NCBI GenBank assembly: GCA_963780225.1
Contig: CAWAAX010000026.1
Coordinates: 160,001-224,000 of the forward strand
From: an uncultured bacterium
Lineage (GTDB): Bacteria > Edwardsbacteria > AC1 > EtOH8
Length of the DNA: 64,000 nucleotides
Direction of reading: 5' to 3'
Made by a program: the position numbers and the translations under genes. Under the pieces are notes generated by a model. The model was not told the DNA's origin. It did no database searches and was given only the letters and a program-made list of their open reading frames with translations. Positions 30,273-41,042 of this stretch are shown in pieces (the stretch's first letter is position 1; each line of letters starts with the position of its first letter).

Positions 30273-31940
30273 TTACCAGTCCTTGTCTCCTTTGTTCTGG
30301 TCCTGCGGCCTTTCCTTCTGCTTCTTCATGTTCTCCTTTTCCTTGTTCTGCAGGGCCTGAAGCATGCGGTCGGCGTCGTCCTTGTTGATCTGTCCCTTTT
30401 GGGGCTGGGGTTTGGGCTGCTGCTGTTGCTGGGGCTGTTGTTTCTGCTGCTGCTGGCTTTGCTGTTGGTCCTGTTTGGTGGAATCGCTTTTGGACTCCTC
30501 TTTTTTCTTCCAACAAAATTCCAGGTTCTGCTTGGCCTGCCGGTCGCCGGGATCCATCACCAGGGCGGCGGTGTATGATCCGATGGCCTCGTCTAGCTTC
30601 TGCTCCTTGAACTGGCAGTTGCCGATGTTGTACAGGGTCCGGGCCTGCAGTTTCTTGTCCTTGGTCAGCAGGGACAGCTGGAACTCGGAAACGGCCTCGG
30701 GATATTTGTTCAGTTTGTAGAGCGCCCGGCCGATGTTATAGTGTATCTTAACATTATCCGGCTCAAAAACCAAGGCCTCCTGGTATTTTTTAAGGGCTTC
30801 CTCGTAATTGCCCTTTTTGTAGGCCTTGTTGCCGGAGCGCATTTCGGAGCCGATGCCGGCCTCTGCGACTGCAGAGTGCAGAAGGCAGAAGGCAAAAATC
30901 AGAATTGTAAATTTGAAACGAGATAGCTTTAGTTCAGGGAACCATTTTCCCCGCCGGTCGCTGATGAATATCCCGGCTATGATGAATATGAAGGCCGCCA
31001 GCAAAAAGTACTGATAGCGTTCCTGGTACTGCACAAAATCTCCCCCGCCGATGTCCTTCTTCTTCAGCTGGTCCAGCGACAACAGCAGGGCGTCCAGGTT
31101 AAGGGCCTGGCTCCGGAAATAGCGGCCGCCTGAGGCCTTGGCCATCACCAGCAGCAGGCGCTCGGCCAGCCGGGAGACCACCACCTTGTCCTCCTTGTCC
31201 TTCTTGTAGGAAACACCGTAGCCGCTCTGGTCGCTCTCCGGTATGGTGGAGCCCTCCAAAGTGCCCACCCCCACCGCGTAGATCCGGATGCCCTGCTCGG
31301 CCGCCAGCTTGGCCGCCTGCATGGGGTCGCCCTCCAGGTTGTCGCCGTCGGTGATCAGCACCAGGGCCTTTGAGGCATTCTCCTTGGCTTCGAACAGGGT
31401 GGAGGAGACCTCGATGGCCCGCTGGATGTTGGTGCCGGGCTTGGGAATGTTGCCGGGCTCGATGATGTCCAAGAACATCTTGGCGGCGTCCACATCCGTT
31501 GTCAGCGGGCACATCACGTAGCAGTCGCCGGCAAAGGCGGTGATGCCCACCTGGTTGGCGCTAAGGTTGTCCAGCAGCGAGGACACTTCCACCTTGGCCC
31601 GCTCCAGCCGGCTGGGCTGGATGTCTCCGGCCAGCATGCTCTTGGAGGCGTCCAGGGCGATCACCACGTCAATGCCCCGGCCCTTGTAGCTCTGCAGCTT
31701 TTCCCCCCACTGGGGCCGGGCCGCGGCCAGGATCAAAAAGAAGAGGCCGGCAAGCAGCAGCGCCGACTTGGCAAAGGCCAGCCTGCCGCTGTAATTGGCG
31801 CTGATCCTGTTCAGCATCTCCCGGTCGGCCAGCTTTTGACCGGCCCGGGCCTTAAGCCAGCGACCCCACAGCAGGGCCAGCACCATCAGGGGCAGGGCCA
31901 GCAGTAGGTAAAGATATTGCGGTTGGGCCCACTTGATCAT
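30273..31940 (-). CDS. BatB (vWA)-BatC (TPR) fusion protein
   Basis: ARPQWG, DASKSM and ITDG, then TPR repeats, a Q-rich linker and a KDW end. Confidence 0.88.
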   Translation of the reverse strand: MIKWAQPQYLYLLLALPLMVLALLWGRWLKARAGQKLADREMLNRISANYSGRLAFAKSALLLAGLFFLILAAARPQWGEKLQSYKGRGIDVVIALDASKSMLAGDIQPSRLERAKVEVSSLLDNLSANQVGITAFAGDCYVMCPLTTDVDAAKMFLDIIEPGNIPKPGTNIQRAIEVSSTLFEAKENASKALVLITDGDNLEGDPMQAAKLAAEQGIRIYAVGVGTLEGSTIPESDQSGYGVSYKKDKEDKVVVSRLAERLLLVMAKASGGRYFRSQALNLDALLLSLDQLKKKDIGGGDFVQYQERYQYFLLAAFIFIIAGIFISDRRGKWFPELKLSRFKFTILIFAFCLLHSAVAEAGIGSEMRSGNKAYKKGNYEEALKKYQEALVFEPDNVKIHYNIGRALYKLNKYPEAVSEFQLSLLTKDKKLQARTLYNIGNCQFKEQKLDEAIGSYTAALVMDPGDRQAKQNLEFCWKKKEESKSDSTKQDQQQSQQQQKQQPQQQQQPKPQPQKGQINKDDADRMLQALQNKEKENMKKQKERPQDQNKGDKDW

Positions 31941-32917
31941 GGCAGCCTCCGGGCCACGGTCAGCGACAGGGCCATTGTCAAAAGCATCAGGAACAGGGCC
32001 GGGAACAGGAACAGATAGGCTTTCTCTGAATACACGGTATGTCGGTTCACCTTGTAAGTGGTGGGTTCCAGTTGGTTGATCTCGTCGTAGATGATCTTCA
32101 GCGCTTCGTCATCGGTGGCCAGGAAGGCCTGTCCCCCGGTTATCTTGGCGATCTCGTCCAAAGGCTTCATGTCGAATTCCAGATTGACTGTCTGGGGCCG
32201 CTGTCCCCAGAAGGGGTCGTTGACCATGATGGTCACCGGGCCGTTGGTGCCGATGCCGATGCAGTAGACCTTGATGCCGAAGCTCTGGGCCAGCCGGGCG
32301 GCGGTCAGGGGGTCGATGTCCCCGGCGTTGTTCAGGCCGTCGGTCAGCAGGATGATCAGCTTGTCTTTAGACTTGGAGTCCTTTACCCGGGAGACGGCCG
32401 AGGCCAGCCCCATGCCGATGGCGGTGCGGGTGGGGTCGATGGTTCCCACCTGCAGCCGGTCGATGATGCCCCCCAGGATGGTACGGTTGACGGTCAGCGG
32501 GCACTGGGCCATGGAACCGTTGGCGAAGGCCACCAGCCCGATCCGGTCGCCCGACCGCTTGGCGATGAACTCCTTGGCCCTTTCCTTGGCCACGTACAGC
32601 CGGTTCTTGGGGCTGAAATCCTCGTATTTCATGGTCTCCGAGACATCCAGGCACAGCATGATGTCCACACCCTTGGTCTCCACCTCCTCGTAAACCCTTC
32701 CCCGCTGGGGGCGGGCCAAAGCCAGGGTCATCAGGACCAGGGCCGAGATGTTCAAGGCCAGCAGCAGGTATTTAAGAATATCCGATCTTTTCTTATAGGC
32801 GGCAAAGAAGGAAGTGTCGGAGAAGATGACCGCTCCGGTTCTCTTCTTCAGTTCCAGCCACAAAAGAAGGGCGATGGGCAGCAGCAGCAGCAGATATAAT
32901 GGCGAAGCGAAACGCAT
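31937..32917 (-). CDS. batA: BatA vWA domain protein
   Basis: ALARPQ, DVSETM, TAIGMGLA and LLTDG.NN.G.IDP. Confidence 0.9.
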   Translation of the reverse strand: MRFASPLYLLLLLPIALLLWLELKKRTGAVIFSDTSFFAAYKKRSDILKYLLLALNISALVLMTLALARPQRGRVYEEVETKGVDIMLCLDVSETMKYEDFSPKNRLYVAKERAKEFIAKRSGDRIGLVAFANGSMAQCPLTVNRTILGGIIDRLQVGTIDPTRTAIGMGLASAVSRVKDSKSKDKLIILLTDGLNNAGDIDPLTAARLAQSFGIKVYCIGIGTNGPVTIMVNDPFWGQRPQTVNLEFDMKPLDEIAKITGGQAFLATDDEALKIIYDEINQLEPTTYKVNRHTVYSEKAYLFLFPALFLMLLTMALSLTVARRLP

Positions 32918-32919
32918 AT

Positions 32920-33840
32920 CTATACGGCCTCCGTTGCAGGCTTTTCGCTTTTAGCCTTCCCGGCGGGTTCGGGAGGGAGGGGAATGGTCCTGGTTATCAG
33001 ATCCCTGACAATTGCCATGGCTTGAGCTGTCTCCTGTTCCGGGGGCACGGCCTTGGCGTATTTGACCAGGTCGGCCCGGTTCAAAAAGTCGGAGAATTCC
33101 TGGCGCAAAGGTGTCTTATAAATTTTTAAATTAAAGACGATCTCGGTGGTGGTCTGCTCCACCGCATTGAACTCAAAACGCCGCTCGATGTAGCGTTTGA
33201 GGATTTCAGACAAGGCGTAGTAATATTTGCTGACAAAACCCTTGGCCAGCCATTCGTCCTTGGGCAGATTGTCCAATGCTTTCAACGCTTCCTCCCAGGG
33301 CGGCAGCGGGGCCAGGGCCAGTTCCTTGATCTTCTTAAGCTTTTTGTACAACTGCAAACTCAGGTAAACCAAGGCGGCCAGGACCAGGATCAGGGCCGGG
33401 ATCAGCCACAGCCAGTAGTTGGGGAATTTTGCCTCGGGCTTGAGGTCGTTGATGTCCTGCATCTTGGGCGAGAGGACGCTGTTGATCTTCACCTTCAAGC
33501 TGTCGCTGCGCAGGGTGTCGGTCCTGTCCCCGGAGGACAGCAAGAAGAACAACCGGGGCAGGGCCTGCTCGCCGGCCTTGAACCCGGCCATCTTCAGGCG
33601 GTACAGGTTCTCGTTGTAGCCCTGGCGGCTCTTGGTCTTAAGCTGCTGGTCCAGGATCAGGAACGGTCCCAGGCTGTCGGCCAGAGGGCCGGTTATTTTG
33701 CTGCTGTTGGAGTAGGTCAGCTTCAGCTCGACGTAAAAGGGATCGCCCACCGTCAGCTTTTTAGGGGAGCATTTGGTGGAAAGCGAGGGGCCGGAGGGCA
33801 GCTGGGTCAAAAGCAGCAATGTCAGAAGCAGATGGGTCAT
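32920..33840 (-). CDS. Bat operon membrane-anchored protein
   Basis: Signal peptide, TM helix, YY.LSEILKRYIE..EQTT.E, ADLVKYAK. Confidence 0.8.
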   Translation of the reverse strand: MTHLLLTLLLLTQLPSGPSLSTKCSPKKLTVGDPFYVELKLTYSNSSKITGPLADSLGPFLILDQQLKTKSRQGYNENLYRLKMAGFKAGEQALPRLFFLLSSGDRTDTLRSDSLKVKINSVLSPKMQDINDLKPEAKFPNYWLWLIPALILVLAALVYLSLQLYKKLKKIKELALAPLPPWEEALKALDNLPKDEWLAKGFVSKYYYALSEILKRYIERRFEFNAVEQTTTEIVFNLKIYKTPLRQEFSDFLNRADLVKYAKAVPPEQETAQAMAIVRDLITRTIPLPPEPAGKAKSEKPATEAV

Positions 33841-34007
33841 TGTTTTCGGTATGGGTTTGGGTTTCTTATTTTGGACGCTGATCAACGCAGATTATGAAGA
33901 TATAACATAGCTGTATAAAGTATATAACCAGTAAATATTTCCTGCATTCATGGTTCGATTTACTTACTACAAGTGGTTTCCTAATAAATGAAGGCCTTGG
34001 TCTTAGT

Positions 34008-34901
34008 TTAATGGAACCTCTTGGCCCGCTGCTTGAAGAACTTGTGCAGTTTGGGGGTAAAGTCCTCGGTGGTGGAAATGTCTATCTGGTCCACGCTGAG
34101 CTGTTTGAACAGCCGGTCCTTTTCCTGAAGGGCGTTCTGGGTGTAGCTGAAGAATCCCCGGGCCAGGCTTTTGTCGGAAAAGTTCACGGTGTGTATCTTT
34201 CCGCTTTCGGCGTCCTCGACGTCCACCAGTCCGGCCGGGGGCAGGCTCTGCTCGGCCGGATCGCTGATGGACACGGCCACCAGGTCGTGGCGACGGGAGG
34301 CGATGCCCAGGGCCGTCTTGAAGTTCTCCGGCCGGTATCCCCGGCCCAAAAAATCTCCGATGAAGAACACGATGGCCCGGTGCTTAAGGATGTGCATCAG
34401 GAACTCCAGGGCCGAGGACGGGCTGGTGCCCTTGTTCTCCGGCTTAAAATACAGGATGTCCCGGATCAGCCGCATCACGTGGAGCCGGCCCTTCTTGGGA
34501 GGGATGTACTTCTCCACCCGGTCGGTGAAGAACAGCAGGCCCACCTTGTCGTTGTTCTTGACCGCCGAAAAGGCCAGGGTGGCCGCCACCTGGGCGGCCT
34601 GCTCCACCTTGAAGCGGCCCCGGGTGCCGAAGTAGCCGGAACCCGAGGCATCCACGCACAGGATCACGGTCAGCTCCCGCTCCTCCACGAACTTTTTGAC
34701 ATAGGGGCGCCCCATCCGGGCGGTGACCTTCCAGTCTATGGACCGGACGTCGTCGCCGGGCTGGTATTCCCGCACGTCCACGAACTCCATGCCGGTGCCC
34801 TTGAAGGTGGACTTGTACTCACCGGCAAAGGTGGTGTTGACGATCTTCCGGGTGTGAAGCTCGATCTGGCGGATCTTTTTTATGAATTCAGGAGATAGCA
34901 T
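34008..34901 (-). CDS. DUF58 domain protein
   Basis: GMEFVDVREYQPGDDVRSIDWKVTAR..EERE. Confidence 0.93.
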   Translation of the reverse strand: MLSPEFIKKIRQIELHTRKIVNTTFAGEYKSTFKGTGMEFVDVREYQPGDDVRSIDWKVTARMGRPYVKKFVEERELTVILCVDASGSGYFGTRGRFKVEQAAQVAATLAFSAVKNNDKVGLLFFTDRVEKYIPPKKGRLHVMRLIRDILYFKPENKGTSPSSALEFLMHILKHRAIVFFIGDFLGRGYRPENFKTALGIASRRHDLVAVSISDPAEQSLPPAGLVDVEDAESGKIHTVNFSDKSLARGFFSYTQNALQEKDRLFKQLSVDQIDISTTEDFTPKLHKFFKQRAKRFH

Positions 34902-34960
34902 TTTCAACTAAACAGTTTTAAACAGTTTCAAACGTTTGAACCGTTTGAAACGTTGCGTGA

Positions 34961-35962
34961 TCAGGGAACCTCCACTCCGGCCAGGATCTTCTGGATCACA
35001 TCGTCGGTGCTTACTTCCTCGGCCTCGGCCTCGTAGGACAGGATTATCCGGTGCCGCAGGATGTCCCCGGCCAGCTCCTTGACGTCCTCGGGGATCACAA
35101 AGCCGCGGCGCTTAAGGAAGGCCAGGGCCCTGGCGGCGGTGGTCAGGTTGATGGAGGCCCGGGGCGAGGCCCCGAAGCGGACCAGGCCCTTAAGCTCCTT
35201 AAGTCCGTATTTCTCCGGCTCGCGGGTGGCGAACACCAGGTCCACGATGTAATCCTTGATCTTCTTGTCGATGTAGATGCTCTTGCACAGCTCCCGGGCC
35301 TTGATGATGTCCGAGGTGTCAATCACCGGCTTGATCTTGGGTTCGCCGGCCCCGGCGATCCGCTCCACGATCTCCTTTTCCTCCTCCTTGCTGGGGTAGG
35401 TGATCTTGATCTTCAGCAGAAAGCGGTCCAGTTGCGCCTCGGGCAGGGGATAGGTGCCCTCCTGCTCGATGGGGTTCTGGGTGGCCAGCACCAGGAATGG
35501 GTCGTCCAGCTTGAAGGTCTGCTCGCCGATGGTCACCTGTCGCTCCTGCATGGCCTCCAGCAAGGCGCTCTGCACTTTCGGGGGGGTGCGGTTGATCTCG
35601 TCGGCCAGGATGAAGTTGGCGAAGATGGGGCCCTTGCTGGTGATGAATTCCCCGGTCTTCTGGTTGTAGATCAGCGTGCCCACGATGTCCGAGGGCAGCA
35701 GGTCGGGGGTGAACTGGATCCGCTGGTACCGGGCCTTGACGGCCGCCGCCACCGTCCGCACCGCGTAGGTCTTGGCCAGGCCGGGCACGCCCTCGATCAG
35801 CAGGTGGCCGTTGGCCAGCAGGCCCACCAGCATCCGGCTGACCAGGTAGTTCTGCCCCACGATGGCCTTGGAGATCTCAGCGGTGATGGTCTGGACGATG
35901 ACGCTTTTCTTCTCGATCTCCTCGTTGAGCTTCTTGATGTCGTCGTTGTTGAACTGTTCCAT
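34961..35962 (-). CDS. MoxR family AAA+ ATPase
   Basis: GVPGLAKT, RIQFTPDLLPSD, DEINR and EGTYPLPEAQLDRF. Confidence 0.96.
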   Translation of the reverse strand: MEQFNNDDIKKLNEEIEKKSVIVQTITAEISKAIVGQNYLVSRMLVGLLANGHLLIEGVPGLAKTYAVRTVAAAVKARYQRIQFTPDLLPSDIVGTLIYNQKTGEFITSKGPIFANFILADEINRTPPKVQSALLEAMQERQVTIGEQTFKLDDPFLVLATQNPIEQEGTYPLPEAQLDRFLLKIKITYPSKEEEKEIVERIAGAGEPKIKPVIDTSDIIKARELCKSIYIDKKIKDYIVDLVFATREPEKYGLKELKGLVRFGASPRASINLTTAARALAFLKRRGFVIPEDVKELAGDILRHRIILSYEAEAEEVSTDDVIQKILAGVEVP

Positions 35963-36017
35963 GGCTTATATTCTCCTTTAATTACTGACTTCTTTGGTCC
36001 GGGGGATACAACCCTAT

Positions 36018-36046
36018 ATTATAAAAAACATATTTTTTTTTGTCAA
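36018..36046 (-). promoter_or_regulatory. Sigma70 promoter of the moxR-bat operon
   Basis: TTGACA-N17-TATAAT on the minus strand. Confidence 0.75.
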
Positions 36047-36369
36047 GGGGCAATGGTTGCGAAACGGCGGTTTGATGCACTTTGACCTGACCCGCGGATA
36101 GCTAAAAAACATAAACCCTTTAAAATAGATGATTACGGGTAAAAACCGGGAAAGTTTCATGATTATTTGATTTTCCAGCTGAAATCAGAAAACACTTGAT
36201 TTTGGTTGGGTTTAAAGGTATGATTGAAACGATATAAACATTTACCTAAAACAAGAATGTTAAAGAAATATTTGGGAATTATTATTTTGCATTTTGCATC
36301 CATTCGTTTGCCAACCAAGGCAGCATTTCTCAGGACAAGTTATTTACACTTTGAAATCACCGAGGACAC

Positions 36370-38985
36370 ATGCCTAAACTAATCCTGGTCGACGGCACCG
36401 CCCTGGCCTACCGGGCCCACTTCGGGTTCATCCGCAACCCCCTGATCAACTCCAAGGGGGAGAATACCAGCGCCTCCTTCGGCTTTACCAACATGCTGAT
36501 GCGGATGATCAAGGAGCACCAGCCCGATTACATCGGGGTGGCCTTCGACACCTCGGCCCCCACCTTCCGCGACAAGAAGTACGCCGAGTACAAGGCCCAG
36601 CGCCCCGGCATGCCCGAGGAGCTGCGCTCCCAGCTGCCCCGGATCAAGGAGATCCTGAAGGCCCTGAACATCGCGGTGCTGCAGCAGGACGGCTATGAGG
36701 CCGACGACGTGCTGGCCGGGCTGGCCAAGCAGGCCGAGGCCAAGGGCTGGATGAGCTACATCGCCACCGGGGACAAGGATCTTTTGCAGGTCGTGACCGA
36801 GCGGATCAAGGTGATCAAGCCCCGGCTGGGCAAGAGCGACGAATCCATCTACGGCCCGGAGGAGGTCTTTAAGGAATACGGGGTAACCCCGGACAAGATC
36901 AAGGACATCTTTGCCCTGTCCGGCGACACGGCTGATAACGTGCCCGGGGTTCCTGGTATCGGCCCCAAGACCGCCACCGACCTGATAATCCAGTTCGGCT
37001 CGTTCGACGATCTTTATAAGAACCTGGACAAGGTCAAGAAGCCCCGGATAAAAAATCTTCTGGAAGAGCACAAAGACCAGGCCCAGCTTTGCAAGGAGCT
37101 GGTGACACTGCACCTGGACCAGCTTCCCGACATTTCGCTGGCTTCCCTTAAGACCCACCAGCCGGACCAGGAAATTTTGGCCAAACTTTTCAAAGATCTG
37201 GAATTCAATTCTCTGTACCACGAGTTCGTCTCCGGGCAGATCAAGAAGGTGGCGCCCCAGGCGGTCACCGGCCAGGCCGAGCTGGAACTGCTGCTCGGGC
37301 GGCTTAGGCGCGAGGGCGAGATGTGTTTGGAGCTGGAGACGGCCGAAGGCCGGCCCTCCAAACTCTGCCTGTTCTGCCGGGGCCAGGCCCATATCATCGG
37401 CGGCCCGGACATCGATAAACTAAAGAAGTCCTTTGAAGACGCTGATATCTTAAAGACCGGGCACGACCTGAAGAAGGCCATCAAGGCTTTGGCTCTGTCG
37501 GGCATCCAACTGAACGGGACGATGTTCGACACCATGATCGCCTCATATCTCTTGGACCCCTCCAAGCGCAACCACCAGTCGCTGGAAGCTTTGGCCGAGG
37601 AGCACCTGGGGATCAGCCTGGCCCAGCCGGGCGGGCCCGCCAAGAAGCAGACCGAGCTTGATTTTTCGGCCGAGTCCGGTTTGACCGATGAGCTGATGGC
37701 CCGGCGGGCCGATGCGGTTTCCTCGCTGAGATCCAAATTCGAGCCGGAGCTTAAGGACAAGGAACTGGTCCAACTGTTCCGGGAGATCGAGATGCCGCTG
37801 GTGAAGATCCTGGTGCAGATGGAAACGGAGGGGATACTGCTGGACATCCCGGTCTTCAGCCAGATGTCAAAAGAACTGGAGCGGCAGGTGCTGAAACTGG
37901 AAAAGGAGATATACCGGATGGCCGGGGAGGAGTTCAACCTGAACTCGCCCAAACAGCTGGGGACGATACTTTTCGAAAAGCTCAAGATCGGCAAGGGCAA
38001 AAAGACCAAGACCGGCTTTTCCACCGACGTGGACGTTTTGACCAAGCTGGCCCTGCACCACGACCTGCCCAAGCTGATCCTGGATTACCGCCAGCTTTAC
38101 AAGCTGAAATCCACCTACAGCGACGCCCTGCCGCTGGCCGCCGATCCCAAGACCCACCGGCTGCACACCACCTTCAACCAGGCCCTGACCGAGACCGGCA
38201 GGCTTTCCTCCTCCGATCCCAATCTCCAGAACATCCCGATGCGGGAGGGCGTGGGTCGGGAGATCCGCAAGGGCTTCATTGCGCCCAAGGGCCAGCTGCT
38301 GCTTTCAGCCGATTACTCCCAGGTTGAACTGCGCCTGGTGGCCCACCTTTCCGGCGACCAGCATTTGCGGCAGGCCTTCAAGTCGGGCCGGGACATCCAC
38401 AGCGAGACGGCCAGCGCGGTGTTCGGTGTCAAGCCCGACCAGGTGGAGCCGGACATGCGGCGCAAGGCCAAGGCCATCAACTTCGGCATCGTCTACGGCA
38501 TGGGGCCCTACGGGCTTTCCCAGCAGCTGGGGATAGGGGTGGAGGAGGCCTCGCATTTCATCGAGCACTACTTCAACCAATTCCCCCAGGTGCAGGCCTG
38601 GATCGCCCTGACCACCGCCCAGGCCAAAAAGGACGGCTTCGTCTGCACCATGCTGGGCAGAAGGCGCTACCTGCCGGAGATCAACTCCGAGAATGGCCAG
38701 CGCCGGGCCTTTTCCGAGCGGACCGCGGTCAACACCCCCATCCAGGGCACGGCGGCCGACCTGATCAAGCTGGCCATGGTCAACATTGCCCGAAGGTTTG
38801 AAGATGAGAAGATCAAAAGCAAAATGATCCTCCAGGTCCACGACGAACTGTTGTTCGAGGTTCATAAGGAAGAGCTGGCCAAAGTGAAGAAATTAGTCAA
38901 GCAGGAGATGGAGCAGGCGGTGGAGCTTTCGGTGCCGATAGTGGTGGAGATGGGCGAGGGGGACAACTGGTTCGAGGCGCACTGA
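36370..38985 (+). CDS. polA: DNA polymerase I
   Basis: 5'-3' exonuclease domain, TGRLSSSDPNLQNIP, DYSQVELR and QVHDEL. Confidence 0.98.
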   Translation: MPKLILVDGTALAYRAHFGFIRNPLINSKGENTSASFGFTNMLMRMIKEHQPDYIGVAFDTSAPTFRDKKYAEYKAQRPGMPEELRSQLPRIKEILKALNIAVLQQDGYEADDVLAGLAKQAEAKGWMSYIATGDKDLLQVVTERIKVIKPRLGKSDESIYGPEEVFKEYGVTPDKIKDIFALSGDTADNVPGVPGIGPKTATDLIIQFGSFDDLYKNLDKVKKPRIKNLLEEHKDQAQLCKELVTLHLDQLPDISLASLKTHQPDQEILAKLFKDLEFNSLYHEFVSGQIKKVAPQAVTGQAELELLLGRLRREGEMCLELETAEGRPSKLCLFCRGQAHIIGGPDIDKLKKSFEDADILKTGHDLKKAIKALALSGIQLNGTMFDTMIASYLLDPSKRNHQSLEALAEEHLGISLAQPGGPAKKQTELDFSAESGLTDELMARRADAVSSLRSKFEPELKDKELVQLFREIEMPLVKILVQMETEGILLDIPVFSQMSKELERQVLKLEKEIYRMAGEEFNLNSPKQLGTILFEKLKIGKGKKTKTGFSTDVDVLTKLALHHDLPKLILDYRQLYKLKSTYSDALPLAADPKTHRLHTTFNQALTETGRLSSSDPNLQNIPMREGVGREIRKGFIAPKGQLLLSADYSQVELRLVAHLSGDQHLRQAFKSGRDIHSETASAVFGVKPDQVEPDMRRKAKAINFGIVYGMGPYGLSQQLGIGVEEASHFIEHYFNQFPQVQAWIALTTAQAKKDGFVCTMLGRRRYLPEINSENGQRRAFSERTAVNTPIQGTAADLIKLAMVNIARRFEDEKIKSKMILQVHDELLFEVHKEELAKVKKLVKQEMEQAVELSVPIVVEMGEGDNWFEAH

Positions 38986-39192
38986 CACCTGGGGAAACCA
39001 GGACCCAGCCCACTAAACACACTAAAATGAAAATTAATCAGTAAAGATTCCTTACCCTTTTGCGGACAAAGTTAACTCAGATAGTCGAACTACCGGGATA
39101 AAAAGACCTGCTGTGTAAATTACGTTGGCCAAAGGCGCCGGGAATATAAAAATAGATTTAGTTCATAAGATTTATCGGCCATAAACCATAAT

Positions 39193-40443
39193 ATGACAGC
39201 AAACTCATTGTTCGGTTTTTACCGGGTATTTACCCAAAAAGAAAAACGCATATTTTGGCTTCTTCTGCTTTCCTCGGTCTTTGACGGGCTGACCCAGGGG
39301 GTTTTTCTGCTGCAGGAGACCATCGCCAAAAAGGCCCTGTCGGCCAGCGATCTTCAGGTGTCGCTGATTGGGATGATAGCCTCTGCCACCATGGTTTTTT
39401 CGGTGGTGGTGGGGCTTTTCTTCAACAACCGCAGAAAATCATGGCTGCTGATCGCCGGGATGACAGCGGGCCGGCTGATATTCTTGTTCTCGTTCATGAT
39501 CAATGGCACCGGATCATTTCTGCTGGTCTTGTTCCTCTACTATTCCATGTATTCGGTGCAGATCCCCGTCTTCAACTCATTCTTTCAGAACCATCTGGGC
39601 CAAAAGCGGGGTCAGGTGTTCGGGCTTTCCCGGATGGTGATGATGTCGTTTTCCATGGCGGCCGCCCTGGCCGCCGGTAAACTGATGGACATTTCGCCGC
39701 TTTATTACAAACCGATCCTGCTGTCGGTGGCCTTCAGCGGCACCATAACCTACGTCCTGTACCTCATGATGGACCGGCAGACCTCATACCCCAAGCCCCA
39801 GTCCGGTTACATCAGGGCTGCGCTCCGGGATTATAAGGCCATGTTCAAGCGCACCGATTTTTTGATGTTCGAACTGGTGTTCATGATCTACGGGCTGGCC
39901 TTTATGATCATGGTCCCGGCGGTGCCGCTGTTCCTCATCAACCGCCTGCATTTCACCTATTCGCAAATGGCCCGGGCCAACGGAGTCTACGCCCAGCTAT
40001 TTATGATGCTGCTGATACCCTTTGCCGGGGCGGTGTATGACCGGATGAACCTCTGGAAGATCTGGGCGGCATCCATGGCCATACTGATGGGCTATCCGCT
40101 GTTGATGGGCCTTTCCTACTTGTCCCAGAGCCATTCGCTGGCTTACGGTTCCCTGCTGTTCTATTCCCTGGGTCTGACCGGGGTTTCGGTACTGTGGAAC
40201 CTGGGGTCGCTGCAGTTCTCCGGCGGCAAGGACTCTTTTATCTACCAGGGGTTCCATGTGACCCTAACCGGCCTGCGGGGCGCTGCCGGGCCCTTGTTGG
40301 GGTATGTGCTGCTTTCAAGGATAAATTTCATGGCCAACTTCGTCGTTGCCTTCATCCTGCTTTTGACGGCAATGATCATGAGCATATTCTGTGGAAAACA
40401 TTACAGCCAGAAATCCAAGGGGCGTGATGAAAAGAACAACTGA
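39193..40443 (+). CDS. MFS transporter
   Basis: About 12 hydrophobic segments over 416 aa. Confidence 0.8.
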   Translation: MTANSLFGFYRVFTQKEKRIFWLLLLSSVFDGLTQGVFLLQETIAKKALSASDLQVSLIGMIASATMVFSVVVGLFFNNRRKSWLLIAGMTAGRLIFLFSFMINGTGSFLLVLFLYYSMYSVQIPVFNSFFQNHLGQKRGQVFGLSRMVMMSFSMAAALAAGKLMDISPLYYKPILLSVAFSGTITYVLYLMMDRQTSYPKPQSGYIRAALRDYKAMFKRTDFLMFELVFMIYGLAFMIMVPAVPLFLINRLHFTYSQMARANGVYAQLFMMLLIPFAGAVYDRMNLWKIWAASMAILMGYPLLMGLSYLSQSHSLAYGSLLFYSLGLTGVSVLWNLGSLQFSGGKDSFIYQGFHVTLTGLRGAAGPLLGYVLLSRINFMANFVVAFILLLTAMIMSIFCGKHYSQKSKGRDEKNN

Positions 40444-41026
40444 TATCATCGGCCTGACCGGCGGAGCCGGCTCAGGCAAAAGCACTGCGGCCAGATATTT
40501 CCGCGAACTGGGGGCCCGGGTCCTCGACGCCGACCGGATAGGGCACGACCTGCTGAAAAAAGGCTCACCCTGCCATGCCAAGATCATCAAGGCCTTCGGC
40601 CCTTCCATAGTGACCGGGGACAGGATAAACAGGAAGGCTCTGGGTAAAATTGTCTTTGGCAGCAAAAGGGAACTGGGAAAACTCAATAAAATTGTCCACC
40701 CTTATATTTTGAAGCGGATAAAGGGAAATATAGCCAATATTAAAAAAAGCGGATACCGGGGCATTGTGATTATCGATGCAGCTTTAATTATCCAGTGGGG
40801 CTGGAAAAAGTGGTTGGATTATATTATAATGATCAATGCTCCGGTCAGGACAAGATTGGAGCGTATGCGGATAAAAGGAATTTCATCAACCCGCGCCAAA
40901 AGCATAATGGCCCAACAGCTTTCACCCAGGAGGATGCGCCAGGAGGCGGATTGGGTCATTGAAAATCGCAGCAGTATGAGCGGACTACAGAAAAAGGTTT
41001 TGGAAGTTTGGCGGAGCATAAAATAA
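40427..41026 (+). CDS. coaE: Dephospho-CoA kinase
   Basis: IGLTGGAGSGKST, DAD.IGH and LNKIVHP. Confidence 0.93.
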   Translation: MKRTTDIIGLTGGAGSGKSTAARYFRELGARVLDADRIGHDLLKKGSPCHAKIIKAFGPSIVTGDRINRKALGKIVFGSKRELGKLNKIVHPYILKRIKGNIANIKKSGYRGIVIIDAALIIQWGWKKWLDYIIMINAPVRTRLERMRIKGISSTRAKSIMAQQLSPRRMRQEADWVIENRSSMSGLQKKVLEVWRSIK

Positions 41027-41042
41027 AAATCCGAGAGGTTAT